From Octopus vulgaris (Eukaryota): 64,000 bases of DNA. Positions within the stretch are counted from its first letter, which is position 1; the number at the start of each line of letters is the position of its first letter. The DNA is taken from positions 5,642,001 to 5,706,000 of the forward strand of contig OX597825.1 in assembly GCA_951406725.2 (NCBI GenBank), read 5' to 3'. The notes beneath the pieces were generated by a model, which was not told the DNA's origin, did no database searches, and saw only the letters and a program-made list of their open reading frames with translations. Position numbers and translations under genes: made by a program. This document shows, in pieces, positions 1-14,594 of this stretch.

Positions 1-155
1 TATTAGGGAATAAATCCAAATTTACAGGGGAAAAAAATCAGATTTAGGATTAAATCCAATTTTATAGTAAAATATTATAAAATATTATTAAAATTTTATG
101 TATTGATTAAGTCTTTCCTTGTTTGTTTTGCAAAATAGTGGTTTTGTCTCTAATA

Positions 156-163
<8 letters not shown>
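1..163 (+). mobile_element. Internally deleted copy of the (TA)n-nested foldback element at 8781-9157 (Penelope-like derivative)
   Basis: 1-90 matches 8783-8870 and 86-163 matches ~9078-9155; the hairpin centre including the hammerhead is missing; followed by (TA)n. Confidence 0.8.
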
Positions 164-1930
<1,767 letters not shown>

Positions 1931-2413
1931 TATACATGCATATACGTATGTGTACGAGGGACTATCAGTCTTCGTATCTACGTTGAGTGTCTTTCTTGTA
2001 CATCAGAACTAACAACAGAGCAGCCAGTCATACAGAACCATTTCCAGAGATATTCTTTACTATAAATATAGCCAGCTATTCTCGGCCACGCTACACTCTA
2101 CAACGCTACCATATATAAACTCGCAATGATTGCATCATTCAAACTCCTTCTCCTTGCCTCTCTTACTCTCTTTCTTTCTTAGACAACTCACTTTGCCTCC
2201 CCTTCTCTCTCTCTCTCTCTCAGACTTCATCTTTATTAGACTCTCTCTCTTAGTCTATCACTCTTTCCCTCTCGCCTCTCTCTTTCTGTCAGCTCTTACT
2301 ATCACTCTTACTAGCATTCGCAGCCTCTCACTTTCTGAGACCTTCTGTCGGTTTTTCTCTCAGCAAACACTCCGTTTCTCTCACTCTGTCTGTCTGTTTC
2401 TCTCTCTATCTCA

Positions 2414-2511
<98 letters not shown>

Positions 2512-2581
2512 CACATTCATTTACCATCTGTCTTACTTCTTACATCTGAGACTTATCTAACCCACCCAAACGACTATGTTG

Positions 2582-2628
<47 letters not shown>

Positions 2629-2968
2629 GTACATACATACATATATATATATATATATGAATGTGTGTGAGCGTTTATGTATGTATTTTCCATATGTATA
2701 TATATATATATATATATATGCGTGTGCGTGTGGACATACACATATACACATACGAATGCATACATACGTACATAAATGCATATCTATGTATATACACAGG
2801 ATATATAGACGTATCGATATATAGACATTTCTCTGTGTCATGATATTTGAGAATCCATTTGTGATCTACATGCACACACACACACACACACACATATATA
2901 CGTATATATGTAGATATATATATGCATATCTGAGTGTAAGAATATACACACATACACACACACACACT

Positions 2969-3019
<51 letters not shown>

Positions 3020-3079
3020 TTATGAATATATGCACACATACAAAGATGCAAATATGTATGCGTATATATATGCATACGT

Positions 3080-3130
<51 letters not shown>

Positions 3131-3423
3131 GGAAAAGTAATAGTGATAGCGTGAATGTTGTGAAAGGAGAGACGTGTTCCTATTAATATATGTATGCATG
3201 TATATATGTGTATGTATGCGTTATGCAGGTATGTATGTATATATGTGTATGTGTAAGTATGCAGGTATGTATGTGTGGATATGTGTGTGTATGCGGCTAC
3301 ATCTATCGTTTGTACTCACCCAACTGCATCACCTCTTTCACCCACTTAAACATTCCTTCTCTTATTTCACTATCTTTATATAGCATGGATGAATATGCAC
3401 ACACAGTCGCGTGAACACACACT

Positions 3424-3459
<36 letters not shown>

Positions 3460-3532
3460 TAGACACACGTACATATGCGTATGCGTCTATGTGTGTACGT
3501 ACAAATGCATACCTTTGAACGTATATGTATAA

Positions 3533-3589
<57 letters not shown>

Positions 3590-3779
3590 TGTGTGTGTAT
3601 GTGCATTGTCTTTGCTATGTGTTCCTTTTTCAAATTAGTTCTTTTCGCTTCAAAATTAGTAAAGAAGGACCATCATTAAACATACACACGCACATACCTA
3701 CATATATACACTATATATATATACACACAATATATACCTACTTATATACCTATATATATACACAAATATATATACATAC

Positions 3780-3816
<37 letters not shown>

Positions 3817-4862
3817 AAGCTGCAGAGCAACTCAAAGGCCCTTGAGAAGTGATAACGCACGAAAGGCCCTTGAGAAGTGATAACGCACGAAACTCTCGGC
3901 ATCTGAGTCACTATCTCTGTTGCTTCTACTAAATATTAATAGAAATATATACGTATACATACATATATATAAATATGTATATATATGTATGTACATATAT
4001 AAATATATACATATCTATATCTATATCTATCTATCTATCTATATATATATATATATATTCTTTTTCTTGTTTCAGTCGTTTGACTGCGGCCATGCTGGAG
4101 CACCAATATAATATTGCAGAAAAGTATGCGTGTACGTTAGTATTTCCTTGTATATAAATGTATACAAAAGAATTTATTCATGTGTGTATGAGCACATGGA
4201 TGGATGGATGGATGCACCTAGGCATGTAAGAATGTATGTATATAAGTATATAAACATACCAATATGTACGCATGTATGTATGTATGTATGTATTAATGCA
4301 GGTATGTAATCCTCTTCTTTCTCCCTCCCTTTTTTTTTTCTATTGCACCTTCGTTATTCTCTTTTACGTTTGTCCTCTCCTCCTCCTCTTCATTTTCTCC
4401 TTATCCATTCACCCACCGAGCTACAAGCACAGACTAACACAGCTGCAAACGTATACACACACACACACACACACACACACTTATACACATGCATACGAAC
4501 ATTTACATTATACACAACACTCACACACGCACGCCCATGCGCACACAAATCTACTCCTAGCCTGGATGTGGTGCTCTTTACTATAATTATCTGCCCTACA
4601 AGCGATATGTCTATATGTCTATATATATATAAACAAATACATGTATATGCTGACATATATACATAAGTAAATACATGTGTAAGCATATATATATATATAT
4701 ATATATATATACGCATGTGTATATATATACATGCATGTATATATGTATATGTTGAGATATATACATACGTAAATACATGTGTATATATATATATACTTAT
4801 ATATACGCATATGTGTGTGTGTACATATATCTGCAGAAACGTATGTGTTCTGTACATATATA

Positions 4863-4915
<53 letters not shown>

Positions 4916-5752
4916 TGTGTGTGTGTGCGTGTGTGTTTGTGTACAGAACACATACGTTTTATTACATGTACATACACACATGCAGGCACAAGTATATACA
5001 TACATATCTCCCCACACTGACTCTTATGGATACAGACACACACACACACACATACACGAACGCACACATACACCCGCGCACACAGGTACTCACGCACACT
5101 CCCACATACTCAGTCGCACAGAGAATTCTCAATCCAACGCAAATGCTGTTGCGGCGTGGGTGTCTGCCTGATGCAATGCTCAACACTTAAATAGAAATTC
5201 CTACTTCGGTAAGAAAATATCAAATGGCAAACCTACGTCTGTCAGTCAGTAGGACAGGCAGCCAGCCAGCCAGCCAGCCAGCCAGCCCGCCAGACAGGCA
5301 GACAAACAGCCAGGCAGACAATCAGCCTGGCAGACAGATAAACAGGCAGCCAGGCACACAGCTATTAAAGCAACCGAACTATGCTGGCTTTTTAGAAGCA
5401 AAATCTAACCAGGTATCTATACTCATCCGCCACCCTGTCAATCATTCCGTGGACTGGGAATAGAGCCATAAAAATAAAACAGCGATTTTTTCTGTTGTCT
5501 GTAAACATCAAACATCTCATATTTTTTTTTAACTATCTTTGTGTTATTCGTTTCTGGTTCTGTTGTTGTTCTTGTTTTTCGTTTCGTTATTTGTTATCAT
5601 TGTTTTGATTTTCATTGTTTCTATCATCTTTTCGTCTGTTCTATTATTGCATAATTGCTTTTTGATACGGTAGGTTGACCTGACACACATATATATAAAT
5701 ATACATAAGCGCGCGCGCGTATGTGTATGTATGTATATATACATACATGCAT

Positions 5753-5792
<40 letters not shown>

Positions 5793-5863
5793 TATTGTAT
5801 GACTGAGCGCCCTCGCGTCGATTCGATTCGATTCGTTTCGTTTCGTTTCTTCTTCTCCAAGTA

Positions 5864-5986
<123 letters not shown>

Positions 5987-6021
5987 TTTGGAATGAGTTC
6001 TCATCGCTAGCTAGTGATTGT

Positions 6022-6066
6022 CACACGCTGATGACGGAATACTACTCAGAAACCCGGGTCTGTGTG
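6022..6066 (+). ncRNA. Minimal type-I hammerhead ribozyme motif with degraded stem II
   Basis: cacacg-CTGATGA-cggaatactactca-GAAAC-CCGG-GTC-tgtgtg: 6-bp stem I (one G-U), intact core, palindromic stem III ACCCGGGT, GUC triplet; stem II pairs poorly. Lies 40 bp after a (TA)n tract. Confidence 0.6.
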
Positions 6067-6167
6067 TATCACGTAAGGCTAGATATTGGAACGAGGATTT
6101 CCATTCGCAAATACTAATCGGACACAGACAGCTGGTCGGTCGGCCACATTTATGTGGCGAATGTACT

Positions 6168-6583
6168 TTTTTATTTGTTTCAGTCATTTGACTGTGGCCA
6201 TGCTGGAGCATCGTCTTTAGTCGAGCAAATCGACCTCAGGACTTATTCTTTGTAAGCCTAGTACTTATTCTATCGGTCTCTTTTGCCGAACCGCTATGTT
6301 ACGGGGACGTAAACACACCAGCATCGGTTGTCAAGCGATGTTAGGGTGGACAAACACAGATACGCAAACATATACACACACACAAACATATACACACACA
6401 CATACACACACATATATATATACATACATACGACGGGCTTCTTTCAGTTTCCGTCTAGCAAATCTACTCACAAGGCTTTGGTCGGCCCGAGGCTATAGTA
6501 AAAGACACTTGCCCAAGGTGCTACGCAGTGGGGCTGAACCCCAAACCATGTGGTTGGTAAGCAAGCTACTTACAACACAGCCA
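6168..6583 (-). mobile_element. tRNA-headed SINE family A, near full length, with central microsatellite
   Basis: Reverse complement of the head TGGCTGTGTGGTAAG...GGTTCAGTCCC (A/B boxes), CORE-like ACCTTGGGCAAGTGTCTT and tail ATGACTGAAACAA; about 20 copies or fragments in the window. Confidence 0.85.
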
Positions 6584-7178
6584 TACATCTTACAATAACC
6601 AATGCACATAGTTATGTAAATAATACATTCTCGACGTAATTCAGTTTCCATCTACCAAATCTACTTACGAAAGTTTGGTCGTCCTGAGGTCATGGAACCA
6701 TGTGGTTGGGAAGCAAACCTCTTACCACACAGCCATGTATGTGTGTGAGTGTTTGTTTATAAATAAACACATGTGAGCGCGCGCGTGTATGTGTGTCTGT
6801 GTTTGTACACAGATTCGTGTTTGTGCGTGTGTGTATATGAGAGAGTCTTGAAGTCAAAGGCGCCTTATAACCGAGTTAAGCATGTTATATAGTCGGGCTG
6901 CCGGCGACAATATCGGTAATTCCATCAACCTTCTTTAGTGAAAAAAGTGAATTTGGACATCTTACAGAGTGAAGGATAAAATCTGCTAAAAGACAGATGA
7001 GCTCAGAAGAGGAATAAATGCCACTCCCAAAATATGTATGTACGAAAGGGTGCTGAAGAGTTCTTATACCTCTAAAAGCAGGTAGGGCTTCTGTCTACCA
7101 AATCCACGTACATGATTTTCATCGGCCAGAGGCTAAACTGGAGGGCTGTTGCTATGCAGTGGGACCGAATACAATACC

Positions 7179-7405
7179 TATTTCTTTATTACCCACAAGG
7201 GGCTAAACATAGAGGGGACAAACAAGGACAGACATAGGTATTAAGTCGATTATATCGACCCCAGTGCGTAACTGGTACTTAATTTATCGACCCCGAAAGG
7301 ATGAAAGGCAAAGTCGACCTCGGCGGAATTTGAACTCAGAACGTAACGGCGGACGAAATACCGCTAAGCATTTCGCCCGGCGTGCTAACGATTCTACCAG
7401 CTCGC
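7179..7405 (-). mobile_element. SINE family B inserted into a family A remnant, with 14-bp target-site duplication
   Basis: TSD ccgaatacaatacc at 7165-7178 and 7406-7419; head GGCGAGCTGG...GAGTTCAAATTCC; body TTCATCCTTTCGGGGTCGATAAATTAAGTACC. Confidence 0.9.
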
Positions 7406-7887
7406 CCGAATACAATACCATCCGGTCAAGAAACAAACTTCTTACCACACAGCCAGGACTGTCAAACTTCACATATATATTTATATTTGTGTGTGTGTGT
7501 GTGGATTGCACGATATTTACGTATGAAGATTCATAATGGCCATTTCAAACACACATGTATCATAACATTCACTTTCCATTGTATAGCATTGTTTATAACG
7601 CAATGACCTCAGCGACCTAGTCACTGACACAGTTCCAAATTTTGACACTTTATACTATATAAATATTATAAGGTAATACAATACGCGTTAATATAACGGG
7701 TGTATATAAACCTATGTGTTTCTGAGTGTGTTTTAAATATCTTTCATGCTTCCTTCAACCATTTAATTTCTTAAATTTCATCACACCACCTGAGATCCAA
7801 TTACTTATCAAGCATGTTTAACTACGAAAAGTGTGTGTGTATATGTGCGTGTGTGTATATGCGTATATATGCGTTTTTGTGAGCCTC

Positions 7888-7939
<52 letters not shown>

Positions 7940-7942
<3 letters not shown>

Positions 7943-8259
7943 AAAACCCACATCTTCATCAACTCCGGACGGTATTAACTCAACCGAGCCATAAAATATT
8001 AAATGTTATACTTAATATTTAATAAGAATACCATACGTACCCTCATGAAACACGTGTAGTCCGTGATATGGAAAACTCTGGGATTATGAATATAAATAGT
8101 AAGTATAATATTTAATGTTTTATGACTTCATTGAGTTAATACCGTTGTGGGTGTTTCTAGCTCTAACACTATTTTGATATATATGAATTAATTATTGAGA
8201 GTAATTTGATATTTTTAATTTGAATATCTCATTCCTGTGGCACTGGAATTAATCTTCCC

Positions 8260-8262
<3 letters not shown>
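7940..8262. mobile_element. (TA)n/(AAT)n-flanked AT-rich element remnant with short inverted repeat
   Basis: aaacccaca...cggtattaactcaa (~7944-7983) is inverted at ~8131-8157; contains only the 3' half of a hammerhead, GAAAC-ACGT-GTA-GTCCG (8047-8063). Confidence 0.45.
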
Positions 8263-8309
<47 letters not shown>

Positions 8310-8324
8310 TATATATATATATAT

Positions 8325-8738
8325 ACTCTTTCTCTCCTTTTACTCTTTTACTTGTTTCAGTCATTTGACTGCGGCCATGCTGAGCACCGCCTTTAGTCGA
8401 GCAAATCGACCCCGGGACTTATTCTTTGTAAGCCCAGTACTTATTCTATCGGTCTCTTTTGCCGAACCGCTAGTTGACGGGACGTAAACACACCAGCATT
8501 GGTTGTCAAGCAATGCTAGAGGGACAAACACAGATACAAACATATACATACACATACATACATATACATATATATACGACAGGCTTCTTTCAGTTTCCGT
8601 CTACCAAATCCACTCACAAGGCATTGGTCGGCCCGAGGCTATAGTAGAAGACACTTGCCCAAGGTGCCACGCAGTGGGACTGAACCCAGAACCATGTGGT
8701 TGGTAGGCAAGCTACTTACCACACAGCCACTCATACGC

Positions 8739-8740
<2 letters not shown>
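8325..8740 (-). mobile_element. SINE family A, full length
   Basis: Same head, body and (AAAGAGT) tail as the other family A copies. Confidence 0.85.
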
Positions 8741-8780
<40 letters not shown>

Positions 8781-9147
8781 AATATTAGGGAATAAATCCA
8801 AATTTACAGGAAAAAAATCAGATTTAGGATTAAATCCAATTTTATAGTAAAATATTATAAAATATTATTAGAGACAAAACCAATATTTTGCAAAACAAAA
8901 GGAAAGACTTAATCAATATAAAATTTTAATAAATAGTCAAAAAAACCGCCACTATCGTTTCTTGTCTTGATCGACAATCTTCAGGTGGACTTCAATAATT
9001 CAGTTTCAAAATTGAAGTCCACCTGAAGATTGTCGATCAAGACAAGAAACGATTGTAGTGGCGGTTTTTTGACTATTTATTAAAATTTTATGTATTGATT
9101 AAGTCTTTCCTTGTTTGTTTTGCAAAATAGTGGTTTTGTCTCTAATA

Positions 9148-9157
<10 letters not shown>
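8781..9157. mobile_element. (TA)n-nested foldback element with ~140-bp inverted arms (Penelope-like/retrozyme-like)
   Basis: Arms ~8856-8996 and 9011-9157 are near-perfect reverse complements with a 14-nt spacer; each arm holds a hammerhead core; (TA)n on both sides. Confidence 0.8.
9019..9061 (+). ncRNA. Minimal type-I hammerhead ribozyme motif
   Basis: ccac-CTGAAGA-ttgtc-gatcaa-gacaa-GAAAC-gatt-GTA-gtgg: stem I 4 bp, stem II 5 bp, all core nucleotides present, GUA triplet. The mirror copy at 8949-8988 (-) lacks 3 nt in stem III. Confidence 0.8.
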
Positions 9158-9180
<23 letters not shown>

Positions 9181-9364
9181 GCAATATATCAGGATTCAGG
9201 TGAAACAGGCGCTTAAAAAACAGGCAATTAAAAATTCGTTGGAAACAACTATAATGAATTGCGACCTATCCAGTTTGTTATATATATATATATATATATA
9301 TATATTCTTTTTTTGCTTATTTCAGTCATTTTACTGCGGCCATGCTTCCAGCATATATGTAGAT

Positions 9365-9710
9365 ATATTACTCTCCTTCGTTTTCTACAATGCTCTTCCA
9401 TCTGTCTGGTAGACTTGCAAGGCTCCTCTCTTCCAAAATTCACTTGTCCGTGACGAAAAATACTCCTCCAGTGCTGTTCTGACCTCTTCTGCAGAACTCA
9501 TATTTTTTTCTGTACAAATTTTGAAGACTGCGGAATAAATGATAATCATGTGTGGTAATTTATGGCGAATATGGTGAGTGGGTTATCGTTTCTCATTCAA
9601 ACTGTTCCAGCTTTTGGAATGTCATTCTCGCAGTATGTAGCTGAGCATTATCCTGATGGTAAAAACAAAAAAAAAAGGTGCTCAAAAGGGATTGTGTATC
9701 GCAGAAGAAA
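9365..9710 (-). pseudogene. mariner transposase C-terminal remnant
   Basis: Manual minus-strand translation HQDNAQLHTARMTFQKLEQFE*ETITHSPYSP*ITTHDYHLFRSLQN...LPDRWKSIVENEGE matches mariner motifs HDNARPH and HPPYSPDLAPSDYHLF; stops and frameshifts. Confidence 0.8.
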
Positions 9711-9714
9711 TTTT

Positions 9715-10887
9715 TTAAATGTAAGAAGCAAGATTAGGTTTATCCGTGGAAAGAAAAGCCTACGGAAAAAACACGGTAACCCCAGGCAGGGAGGAAATAA
9801 ACACATGAGAGCAAAGCGCTCTCGCAACTCTCTCTCTCTCTCTCTTTACGATTTACAGGATCATACTCAACGTGGTTTCGTCGCTCGCTCGCACCATCTT
9901 TGCTACATCCACCCACCTTTTTTTGAAACTTTCACAAGACAAAACCTGCCTCTCCATTCCCATCTTCCTTTTCAAGTGGTACTTGAAAAAGTTGACGAGC
10001 GATTGGCCAGAGAGGTAAGTGTTTCTCTTTAATCCTTTCGCTCGATTCCACCACACACATTCTTTCACCATGGCCCCCAGTACGATGAAGACTGCCTTGC
10101 CTTTCCGCTTGAGGGAAGGTGGCGGAGCAACTGACACGATAGACTCGGCCGGCAGGCGGACTTGTCCCACACGTGACAGCAGCCGTTTGGCATAAGCCCA
10201 CAGGTCCGAAATGGTTGGACACTGCACGAGTGCGTGCAGAACGGTTTCGTCGCTCTGACCGCATCTCGGGCAAGTCGGTCCAGTGTGTCTCGAACTGTGC
10301 CTGTAGAGTTTATCCCGAACGGGTAATGCTTCTCGATAGCACTGCCAGGCCAGGGATCTTTGGTGAATGTCCATAGATCCCGACTCGAAAGTTGTCCTGA
10401 ACAGGCGGGTCAGGTGTTCCTCGTCGACGCCCAGACCCTGCCATTCGCCTAGCTTCGGTCTCTGTTCGATCCACGACTGTAGTTCGGTCAAAGAGACGAG
10501 CTGTGTGAAAGCGCGTCGCACAAAAGGCGACCACACTTGTTCACCGTCGTCTATGAAGCTCCAGAGATGTCGCAGTCTCAGCGCATGTCTGCGCATCATC
10601 AACCACGGCATGCCCAGCCCTCCATTTAGCGGGTGTTGACAGCAAATGGATCGCCTAACCATCGGAACGCTTCCCTTCCACAAGAAGCGGAAGAGTATGC
10701 GTTCCAGTTTGGTGATGTTAGTGTCGGGACAAGGCACGACGGTCAGACAGTACTCGATGACGGATGCGATGTACGCGTTTGGCCGACCTTTTAAGGATAG
10801 CTTCTTCTCGGCTCATTGCTGGGTAAGAGTGGCCACCCTAGTCGTTATTTCGCCCCAGTTCTTCTCCATTTGGTGATCCGGACCGAA
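9715..10887 (-). mobile_element. 5'-truncated L1/Tx1-clade LINE (ORF2 C-terminus with zf-RVT-type zinc finger, plus 3' UTR)
   Basis: ORF 9853-10737: ILFRFLWKG...GGLGMP...LPVRDKL...CPRCGQSDETVLHALVQC; upstream frame continues KLSLKGR with an in-frame stop; apparent internal deletion near GEWQ/GLGV. Confidence 0.85.
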
Positions 10888-10888
10888 C

Positions 10889-10955
<67 letters not shown>

Positions 10956-11046
10956 TAAGTAGACAGACAGACAGACAGATATATAGATAGACCTACAAAT
11001 ATATGTATATATATATACACACGTGCGTGTATGTGTGTGTATATAT

Positions 11047-11117
<71 letters not shown>

Positions 11118-11444
11118 ATATATGTATGTGTGTGTATACACATACATACATTTGCATATGAATATATTTTTGTATGTGTCTACGTATGTACGCATGTATG
11201 TTTGTGTCTATCTATCTATTTATCAATCTATCTGTCGGCCTGTCTATCTATCTGTCTATCCATCTGGTGTAATTATATTTCTAATTTACCCATTACGTAG
11301 GTTTCTTTCCAAAGGAAATGAATATAGGTGAGACAACAAAAGCTTATTTCATTAAACATTTCGAAATTGTAAAATAGAAAAAATAAAATGCATTATTCAC
11401 GATTTTTGCTGTGAGCAAATTCCAAACGTTTCTTGCATGAATTA

Positions 11445-11860
11445 AATTAGATGCTCAAAGATATTCTCTAAATTCTATCAAGAGGAAACTATAGCTAATA
11501 TTAATTCTTAACATTTCTATTATTGCAGGTCCAGAACATTGGTAAGGAAAGGAATTTCTACATGATATAGCAGATTAGTTATTCCGTAGAATAAGTTTTT
11601 GCTTGTTAACTGTAGCTGTCACATTTATATAGAAATCTGGCTAATTGTCACATCTGTAAAGTACATATTCAAGTACGTGGATAAAGGATATGATTCAATT
11701 CATTTTAATATTGGAGAAATTCAAGCAAATGCTAAACGAACACCGGATGATATTAACCAATATGTTGATATGTTCGGTATGTGAGGACTACAGAACAAGC
11801 ATGGTGTAGATTACCTGAGACGGGCTTTTGCTCCGACCCAAAGGAAAATCACGCGGTCGT
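11445..11860 (+). pseudogene. Helitron Rep-domain fragment
   Basis: RCSKIFSKFYQEET...VIP*NKFLLVNCSCHIYIEI...SVKYIFKYVDKGYD...DDINQYVD resembles Helitron motifs VVPYNPxLL..CHINVE..KYLxKYxxKG.D; homologous to 52750-53030. Confidence 0.75.
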
Positions 11861-11911
11861 CGTCATCATCATAATCACCAACACAAGCAGCATCATTGTC
11901 ATCGTCATCAT

Positions 11912-11943
<32 letters not shown>

Positions 11944-12067
11944 GCATCGTTCATCAGAGCATTATCGTTATTATTGTCTTTGTCGTCGTCATCGTCATCA
12001 CCATCATCATCATTATCATTATCATCATAATCATCATCATCATCATCACCATCATCATTATCATCAT

Positions 12068-12103
<36 letters not shown>

Positions 12104-12110
12104 TATCATC

Positions 12111-12141
<31 letters not shown>

Positions 12142-12620
12142 TCACTATCATCATCATCTTCATCATCATTATCATTATCACCCTAATCATCATCGTCGTC
12201 ATCATCATCATCAACAACAACACCATCAATATCACCATCATCCTCATTCAGCTTCGTCATCAGCATCATTATCATCACTACCACCATCACCACCGCCATT
12301 GCCGTCATCATCATCAGCAGCAGCAGCAGCAGCTATAGCGGCAGCATCTGTTCATCAGAGCTTTATTACAATCATTATCATAGCCATCTTAATTATCAAC
12401 ATCATTATCTACATTGTCGTCATCATCGTTATCTCCGTTATCATCATCAACCTCCTCCTCCTCCTTTTACTTCTCCTCCTCCTCCTACTACTACTACTAC
12501 TACGACTAATATTTCTACGTCCCCTCCTACCCCTCTTCATTCTCCTTTGCTTCTTCTGCTCCCACCCCGCCCTCATCATCATCGGCATCATTTCCGTCAT
12601 CTTCATCTGCTTCGTCACCA
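11860..12620. repeat. Degenerate (CAT)n/(CAG)n/(CCT)n trinucleotide field
   Basis: Directly visible; produces poly-H/I/M ORFs. Confidence 0.95.
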
Positions 12621-12704
12621 TTGCCGGATTGTAAAATGTGCCGACGATGCTATAAATAAAATCACATCCAGAAATATACACATTTAGTTTATATATATGT
12701 ATAT

Positions 12705-13068
12705 AGGAGTGGCTGTGTGGTAAGTACCTTGCTTACCAACCACTTGGTTCCGGGTTCAGTCCCACTGCATGGCACCATGGGCAAGTATCTTCTACTATAG
12801 CCTCGGGCCGACCAAAGCCTTGTGAGTGGATTCGGTAGACGGAAAATGTGTGTGTGTGCTTGTGTGTCTGTGTCTGTCCCCTCAACATCGCTTGACAACC
12901 GATGCTGGTGTGTTTACGTCCCAGTAACCTAGCGGTTCGGCAAAAGTGACCCATAGAATAAGTACTAGGCTTACAAAGGATAAGTCCTGGGGTCGATTTG
13001 CTCGACAAAAGGCGGTGTTCCAGCATGGCCACAGTCATATGACTAAACATGTAAAAGAGTAAAGAGTA
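12705..13068 (+). mobile_element. SINE family A lacking the central (TA)n
   Basis: AGGAGTGGCTGTGTGGTAAG head through the GTAAAAGAGT tail. Confidence 0.85.
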
Positions 13069-13313
13069 TAGCAAATATATATATATATACATATATATCT
13101 ATATATACATGCATATACATACATACATACATACATACATACATACATACATACATACATACATACATACATACATACATACTTTTTCAAGAGGAAATTC
13201 TTATGGTAGTGAAAAATGAAAAGACATAGGGCGGAGACATGTAAGTACGAGTGACTCGTAAACGATGACTATCACCAACTACAACTACAACAACAAAAAA
13301 TACTACTACTACT

Positions 13314-13355
<42 letters not shown>

Positions 13356-13727
13356 CATTACTACTTTTACTCAGCAGCAACAACAGGACCAACGATGCTC
13401 GTTTTAAAGAAACCAGCTTCGTTAGTAAACCGCACGAACCGGAAATCCTGCCTGATGCTGTGAACTTAGGATGATTCAGAAAGGCACAAGAGAAAGAAAG
13501 AGAGAGAGAGACAGAGAGAGAGAAAGAGAGAGAGAGACAGAGATGATAAGTGTGGGAATGGAGAGAGAATGTGTGAGTGAGAGTGAGAGATAGCGCTTAT
13601 GATAGAGAGAGAGAGAGAGGAAGAAAGAAAGAAAGATACTAACAAAGAACGTGAAAGAAAGAAGGTGGGTAAACCTTGGCGCTAAGTAGAGGTATTTCAA
13701 ATAGCACTTCCTTCTCTCAAGCTTATA

Positions 13728-13767
<40 letters not shown>

Positions 13768-14227
13768 CACAAACACGTAGTCATTAGACTTCGTCCGTGA
13801 TGGGACACCGCCTTGAATTTTAGTCGAATGAATCGACTCCATTTGTACTCGTTTGTTTTTAAGCCTTATGCTTGTTCCATCGGTCTTTATTGCCGAAACC
13901 CTACGTTACACTGACGGAAACACACCAAAACTGGTTGCTAAGCGGTAGTAAAGGACAAATACAAACACACCTATATACATGTATATGTATATACACACAT
14001 ATATACACATATATATATACTTATATACTTACATATATATATTTACATATATATATATATACACACACATATACATATGTATATATACATACATATATAT
14101 ATATACATATATACATATATATATATGTATGTATGTATATACACACATATATATATATTTACATATATGTAGATATATACATATTTACACATATCAATCG
14201 ATATGTATACATATCAATATATATACA

Positions 14228-14290
<63 letters not shown>

Positions 14291-14292
<2 letters not shown>

Positions 14293-14363
14293 TCACTGCC
14301 TAGAATCGAACTCGGAATTTTGGGGTTAATAGCCCGCGCTCTTAACCACTACGCCATATGCCC
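14291..14363 (-). pseudogene. tRNA-like sequence (SINE-type head) followed by (AAT)n
   Basis: 73 nt, GGGCATATGGCGTAGTGGTTAAGAGCGCGGGCTATTAACCCCAAAATTCCGAGTTCGATTCTAGGCAGTGACC: A and B boxes present, acceptor stem poor. Confidence 0.7.
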
Positions 14364-14384
14364 ACGGGCATTATAACAATAATG

Positions 14385-14435
<51 letters not shown>

Positions 14436-14483
14436 TCGAAAAATACCTTAGGAATGAGAATCCAGGTATGAAATTTCTCCAAG

Positions 14484-14527
14484 ACACCTGATGAAGGCTG
14501 GAGGGTATATCAGCCGAAACGTTGTGT
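14484..14527 (+). ncRNA. Hammerhead variant (extra A after CUGAUGA, loop-less palindromic stem III)
   Basis: acac-CTGATGA-A-ggctg-gagggtatat-cagcc-GAAAC-GTT-gtgt: stem I acac/gtgt, stem II 5 bp. A truncated second copy of the host element lies at ~31497-31575. Confidence 0.65.
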
Positions 14528-14594
14528 ATAACAAGAAACAAGATGAGGAGAAATATCCGCCAAATGTAAATATTGTAAATAATGTATATAATTC

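Noticed and set aside
7966-8063. Hammerhead 3' half GAAAC-ACGT-GTA-GTCCG with upstream CGGAC
   Set aside because: No CUGANGA after the putative stem I strand; at most a broken relic.
9562-10032. 156-aa plus-strand ORF
   Set aside because: Antisense to the mariner and LINE remnants on the minus strand.
11781-12681. Poly-His/Ile/Met ORFs (also 30165-30840, 45098-45742, 56493-57083, 58825-59326)
   Set aside because: Trinucleotide repeats open in several frames on both strands; no evidence of coding function.
14291-14363. Functional tRNA gene (also SINE heads at 28962, ~39400, 48684)
   Set aside because: Acceptor and anticodon stems pair poorly and each runs into repeat bodies or tails.
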